NCBI RefSeq assembly: GCF_025612915.1
Contig: NC_069116.1
Coordinates: 24,643,051 to 24,707,050, forward strand
Length of the DNA stretch: 64,000 nucleotides
Source: Crassostrea angulata
Lineage: Eukaryota
Reading direction: 5' to 3'
This document shows positions 13,165-24,914 of this stretch, one piece after another (position 1 is the first letter of the stretch; the number at the start of each line of letters is the position of its first letter). The notes beneath the pieces were generated by a model. It saw only the letters and a program-made list of their open reading frames with translations. It was not told the origin of the DNA and did not search any database. Both the position numbers and the translations under genes were made by a program.

Positions 13165-13335
13165 CACATATTGGCTTCTGAAGGCCCTGTGGTCTGGTAT
13201 TTGGATACTGCTGATGAAGTTCTGGTTTGTTTTGAACAACTTTACAAGAAGTACACATCAGGCATGATGAATATGGAACCTTGGTACACACCTAGATTTG
13301 TCTCCAATCAAATAGGGTCACACAAACTCAAAATG
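13165..13335 (+). CDS. PARP4: PARP4-like exon 5
   Basis: Acceptor ctcttgcag. Peptide HILASEGPVVWYLDTADEVLVCFEQLYKKYTSG...KLKM. Donor GTAAAG. Confidence 0.7.
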
Positions 13336-13628
13336 GTAAAGAATTCACTACCAACAAACATTAATCAAAGTACTAAAAGTATTGATATACACTAGGCATG
13401 TTAATTTTGTATGATTCTATATCTCAAATGGTGTTTGATAAAAGCTCAAAATTTTCCTGTAATTCAATAATTCTACAACTAATTGACAATTAAACAATGT
13501 TTTAAATTCATGTTTACATTGATACATACTGTTGTAAAATGTCACAAAAGATAAGTGGAGTTTGATGTGAAATCACTCTGTACAACATTGTGGCAGAAAT
13601 TAAGGGCTATAGGTTCTTTTTTCTTCAG

Positions 13629-13766
13629 ACATTGGATGACCTTTGTTTGATGAACAGTTTCCTTGATCCAGATGTCGGACAGTTTGTGGAGATGATTTGG
13701 AAGGAAGCCACCCAAGAGGCTGAGAAAATGCTTACTATGTCTATGGAACATATCAGATCTGATAAG
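13629..13766 (+). CDS. PARP4: PARP4-like exon 6
   Basis: Peptide TLDDLCLMNSFLDPDVGQFVEMIWKEATQEAEKMLTMSMEHIRSDK matches human SDLVEMIWAEALGHLEHML. Donor GTATGC. Confidence 0.75.
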
Positions 13767-13961
13767 GTATGCATCTTAATTTATCATTGTTGCTTGTTTC
13801 AGGTAAAGCTTAAAAAAGCTGTTGTTAATGTGCAAAACAAAGTGTATGCATTTTTTTGCTCTTACAGGTAAGTATTTGTTCTTTTTACATGTAGTCCTTA
13901 TGTCAAATGGAAAATAAGTTATGAAAATGTGTAACGTAATCTTTTTAAATCTCATTTGTAG

Positions 13962-14141
13962 GTAGATGATGCCATGGTCATTTTGCAACAGATTAAGCAG
14001 ATGAAGAAAGAGAATCAAGGAGACAACCGCTTGGCTGGATTAGTGGAAGAGTTCTATAATGAGGCTCTCCCCCACAAACAACAGTACATATCACAAGATC
14101 TAGATCCACAAACCATCTCCCAGAAACTAGATTTGTGTCAG
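13962..14141 (+). CDS. PARP4: PARP4-like exon 7
   Basis: Peptide VDDAMVILQQIKQMKKENQGDNRLAGLVEEFYNEALPHKQQY...LDLCQ. Donor GTACTG. Confidence 0.75.
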
Positions 14142-14159
14142 GTACTGTGGTTTCATTAA

Positions 14160-14300
14160 TTTTCGTGGGTATCAATTTTCGTGGATTTTCTGAAAACCAC
14201 AGTTTCAAGGATGCGTAATTTCGTGGCTAATGATCCTATCAATACAAAATGTTAGTTGAAATTGAACTTCAATGAACATTTAATTTCGTGGGTTGCATTA
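14160..14300 (+). repeat. Dispersed ~140-bp repeat, copy 1 (second copy at 58425-58560)
   Basis: About 85% identity. Shared motif ccacagtttcaaggatgcgtaatttcgtggc.aatga.cctatcaatacaaaat.ttag. Confidence 0.6.
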
Positions 14301-14604
14301 AAATTTGACTGGCACACAGACAGGAAAACATGGTATACTATGAATGTTTTCTCCACATCTTGTGCAGATTTTTATTTGGGATACTGAAATGTTGCAGTAT
14401 GCTTTTATGTGTACTGAAAGTTATATATTATGGTGGCAATTAAAAATCATGGCTAGTTAACTATGTACCTGTTTTCTGAAGTCTTCTCAGTTTTTATTCA
14501 AGCTATTAAAAGCAGTTTGCAGTAAATTGCAGTTGGGCCATTTAACATGCTCATATTGATATTAATATTTTTCATGGTCTTGCATTTATATCTATCTTTT
14601 GCAG

Positions 14605-14765
14605 TTGATCTATGATGTTTTGGCTGTAAGTGAAGCCACAGATTTTTCTCCTGCTGCCAGCACTGTTGCTAAGTACAGGGCCCTAAGATGTCACATGACA
14701 AAATTGGACCTGTCTGCCAGCAAATATCAAGTCATACAAAATATTCTCAAGGACAGTGAACAAAG
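14605..14765 (+). CDS. PARP4: PARP4-like exon 8
   Basis: Peptide LIYDVLAVSEATDFSPAASTVAKYRALRCHMTKLD... matches human KYRALRCKIEHVEQ exactly. Confidence 0.8.
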
Positions 14766-14937
14766 GTGGTTTTTATTGTCTTGTTATTAAAGTAGTTGCC
14801 TTTATACTTTATACTCCATTTTAAAGAGAGTGTGTAAACAGTCATCCTGATAATCATGCACAATTGTATGTGTATGTTTTCTCAAAGTTTTGTTTTTCTT
14901 ATCATCATGTACAAGTGTTGCTTTTGTCTTTTTAAAG

Positions 14938-15075
14938 CATTGCAGTTTACAGTGTTTTTGAAGCTGGGAGAACCATGGAGGACATTTTGTTTGAGAGTAC
15001 TGCTGAATGTATTGGAAACACACAATTATTGATGCATGCTTCAGGACCCCATAATCTCTTGGGAATTCTATCAAG
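14938..15075 (+). CDS. PARP4: PARP4-like exon 9 (PARP catalytic, His of H-Y-E triad: LLMHASGPHNLLGILSR)
   Basis: Acceptor ctttttaaag. Matches human LLHGSPVQNIVGILCRG. Donor GTAAAC. Confidence 0.8.
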
Positions 15076-15298
15076 GTAAACTTGTCATTCATTGGTGAAT
15101 ACAAGCTAGGTTTCCATGATTGACATTTTTTCTATGTAAAGTACTTAAAGGCCATAACAAAATTTGTGTTTAATTCAATTCATATATTAAGTATAAAGAA
15201 TACATGTAGATAACACCTTTTGATTGATAATTTGAGACTATAAACACTGCAATAGTGTGCAATTACAGTTTGTGATTCAATGAATGATTTTCTCTTAG

Positions 15299-15397
15299 GG
15301 GACTACTTCTTCCTCAAAATGTAGTGGAGGAACACGGAGTGAACAGGACAGATGGGGGGAAACTGGGATATGGAATCTACTTCTCCAATTCATTCAA
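15299..15397 (+). CDS. PARP4: PARP4-like exon 10 (GLLLPQNVVEEHGVNRTDGGKLGYGIYFSNSF; catalytic Tyr)
   Basis: Matches human GLLLPKVVEDRGVQRTDVGNLGSGIYFSDS. Confidence 0.85.
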
Positions 15398-16087
15398 GTA
15401 AAAAAAAAATTGCATTCTTCTGAATGTTTAATTATACTGAATGTATTATATTTTCTTGACCTTCATATGATTTTTCAGTAGAAATATGATTTAATTTTCA
15501 AAATTATAAAATATATTCTTTTAAAACTTATACATATATTGGTCTGTATTCAGAGATTGTCATAGAAATATGATGAAAAAAATACAAGCACATGGATACA
15601 TGATCACATATCATACTTATAAATAATATATCAAATTGAATTCATAAAGTTGTATATATGTTCTCCAGTGTAATTCACAAGTTCATTGACGCTTTAGTTT
15701 TGTGCTCAGACTGGGTAATATTCCATTTCCTAACCTAACTTTTGATACCCAAAACGTTACCCAAACACCAAGATACATGCAGATGGACGAAATTGTCATT
15801 TATTAAAAAAGATGACAGGAAAATCAAATCAGTAAAGGGGAGATCACTCATACACAATACCATAATACATGATCTCCCCAGTGTATCAAATTACATTAAT
15901 ATTAAGAAAAAAAACCCAATAATCCAGTATCCAAATGATAAAAATGTGCAAAAAGGGTTGCAGACAAAAGCTGCCACAGTACAAACAGAATTTTTGTACC
16001 CACTCCCACCAATTCATAAAATTGGATTTGCATGTGCCTTTAGTATAAAAGTTATAACTTCTGACCTCTCTCTATATTGTAACCCAG

Positions 16088-16271
16088 CACATGCCTTCAG
16101 TATGCTGTACCAAGTGTTGTGACGGGAATGAGAATGCTGGTAGTCTGTGAAGTGGCGCTAGGAAATTGTATGGACTTCACCACCCTCCAGTCAGGTATAA
16201 CAGCACCACCTGGTGGCTACCACAGTTGCCACGGAGTGAAGACCACAGAGAACGATCCAACAGAGTTTTTG
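16088..16271 (+). CDS. PARP4: PARP4-like exon 11 (...RMLVVCEVALGNCMDF...APPGGYHSCHGVK...)
   Basis: Matches human TRLLLICDVALGKCMDL...APPGYDSVHGV. Donor GTAGGT. Confidence 0.8.
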
Positions 16272-16567
16272 GTAGGTCTCATGTTATTTAAGTTCTAACA
16301 GTTATTTTTATCATACACTTGCATGTATGTAGATGTAACTCTCATTCAGTCAAATCATAAAATATTAAAAATGTGTTTGAAGAAACTGTAATTAATTTCA
16401 TTTTTTTTTCATACTGTGTAAAAAAAGACTACCAGTACCTTTAAAGAAAAATGTGAATTAGACTTATTTTTAGTACTTGCTTTAAAGCTTCCTTGATACC
16501 CAATATAATTTTATATTTTTCCTCACAATAACAATAACAATGTATTTGTAATTCTTATCAATGACAG

Positions 16568-16715
16568 GATGATGAGTTTGTGATATACAGCACATCACAG
16601 CAGAGAGTGAAGTATGTAGTTCTGTTCACACTCCCCAGTGATCCACCCCTTCGACTGATCCAAACCACCCCCGAGGAGGAGGAGGAAAACATGGAGGTCA
16701 CTGCAAGCTCTGTTG
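16568..16715 (+). CDS. PARP4: PARP4-like exon 12 (DDEFVIYSTSQQRVKYVVLFTLP; catalytic Glu)
   Basis: Matches human DDEFVVYKTNQVKMKYIIKFSMP. Donor GTAAGA. Confidence 0.8.
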
Positions 16716-17007
16716 GTAAGAGTTCTGTTTCTCTCTTATAATTGAATTTAATTTTTAAAAAATAAACATATACATCAAATGTGATTGTTTTGTCTGTCTG
16801 TCTGTTTTAAACAAGAAATTTGTTGATTGTTATTAAAACAGTTTATCAAGAACATATATCATGGGCATTGAAGGAGATAATAAAGAAGTCTGTTACCAGT
16901 ATTTCATTTTCTTATTCTTTGAAATTCATGGTATGGTAAGAACTGGTATATACAATTAATATAATATAAATTTATTTTTGATGTACATGTACTTGTGTAT
17001 CTAATAG

Positions 17008-17141
17008 ATATAATGGAATTAAGGGACCTGCCTGACCCCTTCTCCAAAGTGACCAGCGGTTTGATCAGCCAGAATAAGTCTGTTCGAGTCCCACTGAAAG
17101 CAGTCCATATCCGGGCCAAGGTCATTGATATGGTGGCAAAG
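17008..17141 (+). CDS. PARP4: PARP4-like exon 13
   Basis: Peptide ...PLKAVHIRAKVIDMVAK matches human PLEDVHIKGRIIDTVAQ. Donor GTAAGA. Confidence 0.75.
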
Positions 17142-17391
17142 GTAAGACAGATACTGTGTGAAAATGCATGCTCCATGTGTTCATTGGAAAAATTTAAAGA
17201 TTGGATTGTTCATGTATGTCATAATGAATGTATAATCTGTCTTATCGGTAATCATGTCTTGATATGATATAGTAATTTGATTCTCCCATCCTTAATTTTT
17301 TTTTTTTTTCATCCTTCAAATTTGAGAGTGATACATGTAGCTAGCAAAAGCAAACTCTTTCAATTCATTTTTTTTTAAAAATTCTAACCAG

Positions 17392-17518
17392 GTTGTTGTC
17401 TTGCAATCTTACAAAAACAACATGACAGAGCCAATCGAGGCGAAGTATGTCTTCCCTCTGGACGAGAAAGCTGCTGTGTGTGGATTCGAAGCATTCATAA
17501 ATGGGAAACACATTATAG
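17392..17518 (+). CDS. PARP4: PARP4-like exon 14 (VIT domain; EAKYVFPLDEKAAVCGFEAFINGKHII); GC-AG intron follows
   Basis: Near-identical to human EAKYIFPLDDKAAVCGFEAFINGKHIVG. Only the donor AG|GCATGT at 17519 preserves frame into the next exon. Confidence 0.7.
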
Positions 17519-17733
17519 GCATGTACATTGAAGTTAATATTCCCTTCAAGTTTCGATTAAAAGCTAAGAAAAAGATGTCTTTTATAGGGATCAATACAAA
17601 AAAAATTTATCATCCGAAACCTTTTTTTAAACATGTGAGTTTCAATTCCTATAGTTCTTTGAAAAAATTGTGTTCTACGGATTTAAAGTGGTACATGTTT
17701 AAAAGTTTTACCATTGGTTGTGGGGATTTTTAG

Positions 17734-17825
17734 GAGAAATCAAGGAAAAGAAGACAGCACACCGCGAGTACAGAGAGGCCATCAGTAAAGGTCACGGTGC
17801 ATACTTAATGGACGAGGAGGAACCA
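17734..17825 (+). CDS. PARP4: PARP4-like exon 15 (EIKEKKTAHREYREAISKGHGAYLMDEEEP)
   Basis: Matches human EIKEKEEAQQEYLEAVTQGHGAYLMSQDAP. Perfect GTAAGT donor. Confidence 0.85.
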
Positions 17826-18600
17826 GTAAGTGTCAACTCAAGAGTCATGGAAGCTAGAAGAGATTAAAAGTTAAAAGAAAGTGTTTCAGTATGATGATGT
17901 GGATAAGTTTACATGTGTAATGCACATGCAATAATGCTATGGTGTAATATGAAAAAAAATTTATATACCTTGGGTGGAACACAGATAATACGGTATCTGC
18001 TTTGACTGTTCTTGATGTCTATTATTACTTATTAGGTTAGTTACTGACTGACTACAGAAATATATCGGGTTATATATTGGGTTACCTATATACATGTATA
18101 CAAGTTGCCTAACATCTCATCCAATTTAACTTATTTAAACTCTTCAAAATTATCAATCTCACCTTTCAAATACTCTTTGAAAATCTACACTAATGTTTAC
18201 TTATAATGTTTTGTTGCCATTCAATTTTAAACGCTTTCTCCCTTTCCTCTGCAGAGATTTGAGCAAATCTCAACACTGCTGTTTTATTCTGCTCCAGACA
18301 CAACAATGTGACGTCAATATTCAAAGGGCAACAAATCTAGTTTTAAAGAATTTCAAAGGGCAACTACTCCAAATATTTTAAGAACTTATGGCATGCGGAT
18401 TTTGTATTATATAACATGAAATTTTGAAATGAGAAGGCGAAGCGTTGGCCAATGACGGCCATTTTGCCTAATATTAATTCTCACAGAACAAACATAGAGA
18501 TATATTAGGCAGTCACGTGCTATGTTTAAACTAATGAAAGTATGACATTTCAGTCCGAGGGAAAACAAATAAATTTAATTTACCTGCTTATTGCTTTTAG

Positions 18601-18765
18601 GATGTATTCACTGTGAGTGTCGGAAATCTACCGCCCGATTCGGAGGTTCTGATAAAGGTGACCTACATCAGTGAGCTTGGGGTGGAGGGAGACGGCATAG
18701 CCTTGACCATCCCTGCCTCAGTGGCCCCGTGGGTCAGAGACACGGCCCTAGCTCAGCAGACCCAG
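18601..18765 (+). CDS. PARP4: PARP4-like exon 16 (DVFTVSVGNLPPDSEVLIKVTYISEL...)
   Basis: Matches human DVFTVSVGNLPPKAKVLIKITYITEL. Confidence 0.85.
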
Positions 18766-18907
18766 GTACTGATCCTAGGTGTATAAATTGCATTCATTGT
18801 CCTCATGCATCAGTTATTTCTTTGGAATGTGTACAGCTTCAATATAGATGGCAGGTAGTGAATATGGAAAGTTTTCATGCTGCTTAATTTTGACAAACTA
18901 TTTGCAG

Positions 18908-19030
18908 GCAGAGACATCAGTCCTTCAGATCAGTGACTTAATGGATTGTCAGATCTCTCTGCAAGCTGCCATAGAAATGCCTTTTGAAATAAGGGAATTG
19001 AATTCTGGAACTCATCGACTCAAGTACAAG
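18908..19030 (+). CDS. PARP4: PARP4-like exon 17
   Basis: Peptide ...SLQAAIEMPFEIRELNSGTHRLKYK matches human SLTMSIEMPYVIEF..THELKQK. Donor GTTCGA is weak. Confidence 0.65.
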
Positions 19031-19185
19031 GTTCGAGTTTATATCACTTTTTTTTTTTTTCTTCATGTCATTTATGATTTACACAAAGATTTATGATACA
19101 TGTTTTGTTAACGACATAAAGTACCAGATAACTCTTGATTGTCTTAAGGTTTTTTTTGGCTACAAAGTATTTTGTTTATTAATAG

Positions 19186-19320
19186 AAAACTGATACCAAG
19201 GCTGTGGTGGAGATACCAAAGAAGTCCAACTTTGCCGAAGGATTCCAGCTGCTGATTAAGTTGGCAGAAATTCATGTTCCGCGCATGTGGGTGGAATGTC
19301 ATCCAGAAAGAGATGTGCAG
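19186..19320 (+). CDS. PARP4: PARP4-like exon 18
   Basis: Peptide ...AEIHVPRMWVECHPERDVQ matches human AAYLPRMWVEKHPEKESE. Donor GTAAGA. Confidence 0.8.
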
Positions 19321-19476
19321 GTAAGAAGCATTGTAGAGGACAAAAATAACCAATTTTACTATTGCTTGAATAAAAAAAAAAATTAAAATTCATAGGGATT
19401 GAGAACTTAAATTGCTTAAGGACACAGGGTCTGAAATTTTTTGTATAAATTAATGGTTGACTTTGAATGATTACAG

Positions 19477-19596
19477 GCCTGTATGTTAGCTTTTTACCCT
19501 GAATTTGAGGCAGCAATCGATCCTAGCCCAGAGGTTGTATTCCTTATGGATTTATCCAACTCTATGAAAGGGGACGCATTTAGAGATTCCAGAAAG
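19477..19596 (+). CDS. PARP4: PARP4-like exon 19 (start of vWA: VVFLMDLSNSMKG)
   Basis: Matches human EACMLVFQPD...VIICLDCSSSMEG. Confidence 0.8.
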
Positions 19597-19940
19597 GTAT
19601 ATCTGTTATCCATTTATTGATATCTTTCAATATACATGTATGATAATTACAATTACATGCAGTTGATCTAGTATGCATTGGACATGAAGATTCGTCTGTT
19701 GAATGGTTTTGTAATTCTTTTATCTATTATTTGGTTATTCATGTATTAAATAAATTCCTTTTGTTAGCCAACAAAAATGAGCATATCAATTCTAGCTCCC
19801 AAATTACCTAACAAACAGTACTTTAATTTTTTCAAGGACTTATTTTTTTTATTGGGGGGGGGGGGGGGGGTAGGGGGGCCATTTTTATTTTTTCATGGTG
19901 ATTTAAAAATATTTAAAAAATTCTTTCATTCTTACATCAG

Positions 19941-20081
19941 GTCTTGCTGCTGGCACTAGAAAATCTTCCTGAGAAAGCTTGCTTTAACATCATGACATTT
20001 GGATCATCCTTTAGGGAGCTCTTCCAGTTTCCTCATAGAATTACAAAGAATTCAACTAATGAGGCCATGAAATATATCGAG
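19941..20081 (+). CDS. PARP4: PARP4-like exon 20 (vWA)
   Basis: Peptide ...FNIMTFGSSFRELFQFPHRITKN matches human VNIIQFGTGYKELFSYPKHITSN. Confidence 0.75.
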
Positions 20082-20361
20082 GTTTGTTTAGACTTGGTTG
20101 TACAAGGATAAAGGCTCAATTTTCTGACATGTTGAAAATGCATGTAACCATTGTCATGTACATGTATTTATGCATATAATGTTCATTACACATGTATGAG
20201 ATTTCTTAAACACATGTGCTATACCTAGTGTATAACAATTAAGTTTACACATCAAGTAACCGTAGAATTTTCTTTTTATATATGTATGTTTGTAATATAC
20301 ATGTATATTACATCTATTATTCATCTGATAAAATATTTGTATTATCATGTTATTATTTCAG

Positions 20362-20546
20362 AGAGCCAATCCTGTGATGGGCTGCAGTGATGTGTTATCT
20401 CCCCTGAAATCTCTGTACTTACTAAGTCCAGCAGAGGGCAGTAGAAGCATCTTCCTGATCTCTGATGGATTCGTAGGAAATGAGGGGCTTTTTGAAACTG
20501 TTGCCAAACATTCCTCCAAAAATAGGCTGTTCTGCATGGGTGTTGG
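20362..20546 (+). CDS. PARP4: PARP4-like exon 21 (vWA: IFLISDGFVGNEG...RLFCMGVG)
   Basis: Matches human ILLVSDGHLQDES...RLFACGIG. Donor GTAAGT. Confidence 0.85.
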
Positions 20547-20860
20547 GTAAGTAAACATGCTCTATGTTACAGACTGGTAAGTGTGTTTGTTCACCTGATA
20601 GAAATTATAAAATAATAGTGAAAATATTTGTATATTATACTTGTGTTTCTAAAACCTTTAGTTTGAATATGCTTGATGTTGCCAATAAAGATACACATCC
20701 CATAATTGCAAGATTTATCCTGAATATCTGAAAGATATTTCTGTGCTTTATTAAACATTCAATAACACCAGTAGTGAACATTGATAAAATGGTTGGAAAA
20801 TGGAACAATTTTAAAATGATCTTTTTATTAATCAAAAATGTTGTGGTGATATCATTTTAG

Positions 20861-20960
20861 AAGTAATAGGGACAGTCATACATTACGGAGTTTAGCTAAT
20901 TATGGAGGTGGGACATATGAATACTTCAACAGCAAAACCAAATCTAACTGGCAGTCAAAG
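20861..20960 (+). CDS. PARP4: PARP4-like exon 22 (SLANYGGGTYEYFNSKTKSNWQSK)
   Basis: Matches human ILSQCGAGVFEYFNAKSKHSWRKQ. Confidence 0.85.
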
Positions 20961-21062
20961 GTAAATAACAGGTGGAACTTTTTTTCATGTTAAAGTGTTT
21001 ATTGTAATGATTGGATTGGATTTGAAGAATATTGCTAACTTATTTTTATAGGTGCTTCTTAT

Positions 21063-21104
21063 AGAGAGAGAGAGAGAGAGTGAGAGAGAGAGAGAGAGAG
21101 AGAT
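21063..21104. repeat. (GA)n microsatellite
   Basis: agagagag...tgagagag run. Confidence 0.95.
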
Positions 21105-21154
21105 GGGTTTTTTCCAGGGTACATAAGTGTATGCTTCTGTGGGTGTATTTACAG

Positions 21155-21325
21155 ATTGCATTACAAATGGACCAAGCTACACGGCCTGGGATCTCCCAGG
21201 TGCAGGTGGAGTGGGGCCCGCTCACTGATAAACTAGATCCACCCCTTCAGGCTCCCTGTAGGATCCCCAGCCTGTTCAGTGCAAATAGGCTTGTGGTGTA
21301 TGGATTTGTCAAGAATAGCACACAG
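21155..21325 (+). CDS. PARP4: PARP4-like exon 23
   Basis: Peptide ...APCRIPSLFSANRLVVYGFVKNSTQ matches human APAQVPSLFLNDRLLVYGFIPHCTQ. Confidence 0.85.
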
Positions 21326-21627
21326 GTATGTTTTGAAAGAATGACATTTTTTGTTAATTTACATGTAGGTATGCACAGTGATTAAATTACTATGCAATTC
21401 GTTGTTGATTTAAAGTGGGGTTTTTTTTTCAAACCAAAATACATTGTACAGATTTCAAGGGGAGATAATTGTGAAGCAGTCTAGGAAATAAGTTTGATAT
21501 TTGATAAGTAAAAGTGCTTGTACATGTATATAAAAACTAATATAGGTTTATTATTTAGGAACTATAATCATTTGTGTTGATTTATTATATTTGAAAGATT
21601 ATTTCATTCATAGTTTATTCTTTATAG

Positions 21628-21708
21628 GCAATTTTAAAGGCAAAGGTTGATGAACAGGAATTTGAAACAATTGTTTCTACAACAGAGCTGAACTTCACAG
21701 AGGGAAAG
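21628..21708 (+). CDS. PARP4: PARP4-like exon 24
   Basis: Peptide AILKAKVDEQEFETIVSTTELNFTEGK matches human ATLCALIQEKEFRTMVSTTELQKTTG. Confidence 0.85.
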
Positions 21709-22160
21709 GTAAAGAAGCATTAATATGACAAATGGTATCAAATTTTCTGTTTAATCACCATGCAAAACTACAGTATTAAGGTAATAATATACAGGGCAAA
21801 TATAGACTGACCTTGCTCCACTGTCACCAAAATATTTTCTAATCACTCAACTCATTCCTCGGCTCAAGTACTTTAAAGAAATTAAAGCACATAAAAATTT
21901 GAGGTAAAACCTCAGATTTGAGGCTGAGTATTGACTTGAGGAAAGTGACGACGGAGCCGTAGATTTACAGGTTGAAAAGGAAGTTTCATAAGTGTAAATA
22001 GATGATTATTGACCAATACCTACAAACTGCTATGATTCTTGAAATAGTCAATGTTAAGATTGGTAGAGTTTTGAGTATTTCAAATGTCATTTAATTTCAT
22101 CTATGAACATGAACTGAAAGATTTAACATTTGCTATGCACTTTCTGTTCTGTACCGTTAG

Positions 22161-22241
22161 ATGCTGCATCAGTTGGCGGCCAGGGCTGTTATAAGGGATT
22201 ATGAGGACGGGGTTCTGAGTGACAGCAAACTTCACCACAAG
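22161..22241 (+). CDS. PARP4: PARP4-like exon 25
   Basis: Peptide MLHQLAARAVIRDYEDGVLSD matches human MIHKLAARALIRDYEDGILHE. Confidence 0.85.
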
Positions 22242-22485
22242 GTATGGCACTGATCATGCACACTGTAATTCTTCATATCTACATCTTATATACATTAAAA
22301 TAAATCACACATGTTAAAATTATTCAGGATCCCCAATTCTCTCTGTTAAAATCATCTTGCATGTTAGTGAAACATCAAAATAATTTGGTTTGTAAAAGTA
22401 AAATTTGAAATTTGACCAGAGTTCTTGTCAAATAAATCAAGATCTGGAATTCGATTTTACTGATGAACTGGGTTTTTTCTTTCAG

Positions 22486-22587
22486 TTAATTAAACAAGAA
22501 AGAAAGCAGCATATCATTGAGCTCAGCAAAGAGTTTGGAATTGTGACTCCATACACCAGTTTTGTAGCCATAGAAGAGAGGACAGAG
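22486..22587 (+). CDS. PARP4: PARP4-like exon 26
   Basis: Peptide ...GIVTPYTSFVAIEERTE matches human SLITQFTSFVAVEKRDE. Confidence 0.8.
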
Positions 22588-22848
22588 GTAGAATATAAGG
22601 GATCTTTCACTGGGTCATGTTTGATATTTTGAAATTGCAAAAATTGTACCAGAGCAGTTTGTGGCAATTGTATGGAACATTGCAAAGTTCCTGAACACCT
22701 GATATTTTATATTTTAAGTACTGATATATGTACTTTTGTATTTGCAAATATGGTTTATGATGAATATACATTTTAAAAACAATGTACATGTATGATCATG
22801 TGTATTACCTGTAACTAAAAAAATATAGAAAATGATTTATTATTTTAG

Positions 22849-22953
22849 GGGGAAACAACTGAGGGCCCAAGTATTGAAGAGCTAGTAAACAATGAATCTG
22901 TGGATAATCTTACCTACATGGGATGGATCAATGCGGATAATATGGATGAAAAG
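22849..22953 (+). CDS. PARP4: PARP4-like exon 27
   Basis: Peptide ...VDNLTYMGWINADNMDEK matches human VDFLPYMSWQGEPQEA. Confidence 0.65.
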
Positions 22954-23398
22954 GTACAAATAGATAGAAAAACACCTGTACTATTTTAGTAACCCTGATA
23001 GCAAAGCGTCCAATTTGTATTCTTTCCTCTGAGAGTACATGTATCAGTATATTGTTAAGTGAACTGAAGGGAGAATTGTGATAGAACATACATGTATCAA
23101 TCCACTTATTTAGTACTTTGTGCTTAGATAAAGGCTTATTTCTAAGAAAATATTGTCTTTGATGAATATATGCCGGTAAATATATGATAAGGGAAATTTT
23201 CAGAAAGAGCAGTCAATTTTAAACAACGAAATGCTTTCTTAGGGGATTCATGTAGGAAATTGATTGTTAAAAGTAGGTTAAATTAACTAAGTTACTGTTA
23301 ATTTACATCAGTACGTTAGCTAAAAGAAACGGCCAAATCGTCTCCTATGAGAATTTGAGTCTGACATTGTCATGATTATTTTGTGCAGTCTGTAATTT

Positions 23399-23520
23399 TT
23401 CTTAGGTTGCTGTAGGTTTCAACCAATCGATAAACAGGGCGTGTAGATTTCAGTCCTGTCAGTTTCAGTTGTAGGTTTCAACCAATCAATGAATGGGCGT
23501 GTAGATTTCAGTTGTGTCAG
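23399..23520. repeat. Two tandem copies of a ~60-bp unit
   Basis: gtaggtttcaaccaatc.ataaa...gcgtgtagatttcag...gtcagtttc occurs twice. Confidence 0.7.
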
Positions 23521-23819
23521 TTTCTACAGAGCAATGAATTAACAATCTGTAAGAAATAGAGGGATTTAGACTCGGTAGATGTAAATATATGGTTTTGTTG
23601 TGGAAAAAAGGAAGAAATATAATGTTACAATAAAAAAGCATTAATTTGCCAGTGATTCACTTAAAACATTGCCGAATGACTTATCCCGCCATATCATCAA
23701 AGATGTTCAAATGAATGATAAAGAGTATATCAATAAAAATCATTGAAATTTTGAATGGGTTATATGCAAGGTAATTAATGTGCAATCAATATTTTAACCC
23801 AAATACTAAATACTGGTAG

Positions 23820-23966
23820 GATCCATTGGAGTGTGTAGAGGAACTACTACATAGGGCAAGCATTGCTGAGAGCTTCTCGCAGCTGGAGGTGGAGAGGTGC
23901 TACCTGTCTGTGCTGGATTACAGAAAGGATCTGATGCAGGAAGACAACAGGGACATGCTACAAAAG
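23820..23966 (+). CDS. PARP4: PARP4-like exon 28 (lineage-specific linker)
   Basis: Open frame with good acceptor and donor. Phase-consistent. Confidence 0.55.
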
Positions 23967-24270
23967 GTCAGGTGGTGGATCCAAAGACAGGGATTTCTTT
24001 ACAAATTAAATACAGTTGGTGGAGCCAAATTGAAGACAGAGATTTCTTTATAAATGAAATAACAACAATATTATTTCGGGACAATTTTTTATCTTTATAA
24101 ATTCTTCATAATTGATAAATTATGTTTTCATTGCTTGCTTAGTTAAGTACTTTTTTGCCATGCAGCCAAGGGTTTATTATCCGCTGTGATTATAAATCCC
24201 TTGGCTAGCAATTAAGATGGGTTTGGTATATAAACCTTTACATATTTTGTTGTGTTCATGTTTGTCACAG

Positions 24271-24358
24271 GTCTTGGAGAGGTCAGACAAGTTTTTCAGC
24301 AGTCAGCACTCAGAAAAAGCTCGAACACTTCAGCAACAGTTCCATAAATATTTATCCA
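24271..24358 (+). CDS. PARP4: PARP4-like exon 29 (linker)
   Basis: Acceptor ttgtcacag, donor GTAGGT. Phase-consistent. Confidence 0.5.
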
Positions 24359-24749
24359 GTAGGTCTTAAGTTGAATTATCTTAGACACACATCTTACCTG
24401 AATAAATTTATGATTTTCTGTCAGTATTCAATGGGATATTTTTTGGGGATTGGGGTACCAATGAAATCCATAAACATTTTGATCCTTTCATAAAATCTGA
24501 TGAACTACTGTAAATGTTTCACATTTGGCAGCTAGTGTATTCTATTTAACATTTTTTCGCCAGAAAGCCACTTCACTAAAATTAAATACTGTACATTGCA
24601 AATACCATGCATACATTAATATAAATAGTTTATCCAAATATACACTAAATCAAATCTATGCTAACCTGTTGAATAAATCAATTTTCACCTAATATCACTA
24701 TCGTACATTTACAGTACTGTATTTCAATATAATGTAATTTTCCTCCCAG

Positions 24750-24914
24750 TTCCTAAACAGCTTGAGGTGCGAACTCTGACTGGGAGGTCCATTCCTGTTG
24801 TGGCCGGCACAATGGCTCAATTAAAGTTAGAAATCATGGAGAAAGAGGGTCTGCCTGAGAGCAGCATACGATTAATTCATCATGGAAAACAACTAGAGGA
24901 CACAGACAATTTAG
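24750..24914 (+). CDS. PARP4: Ubiquitin-like domain, N-part (KQLEVRTLTGRSIPVVAGTMAQLKLEIMEKEGLPESSIRLIHHGKQLEDTDNL)
   Basis: Clear ubiquitin-fold signature (compare MQIFVKTLTGKTITLEV...[24 protein letters not shown]). It is in frame with the upstream PARP4 exons. Confidence 0.65.

Noticed and set aside
17401-17733. 110-aa ORF overlapping PARP4 exon 14
   Set aside because: It is exon 14 plus an in-frame read-through of the following (GC-AG) intron, ending at the TAG that forms the acceptor.
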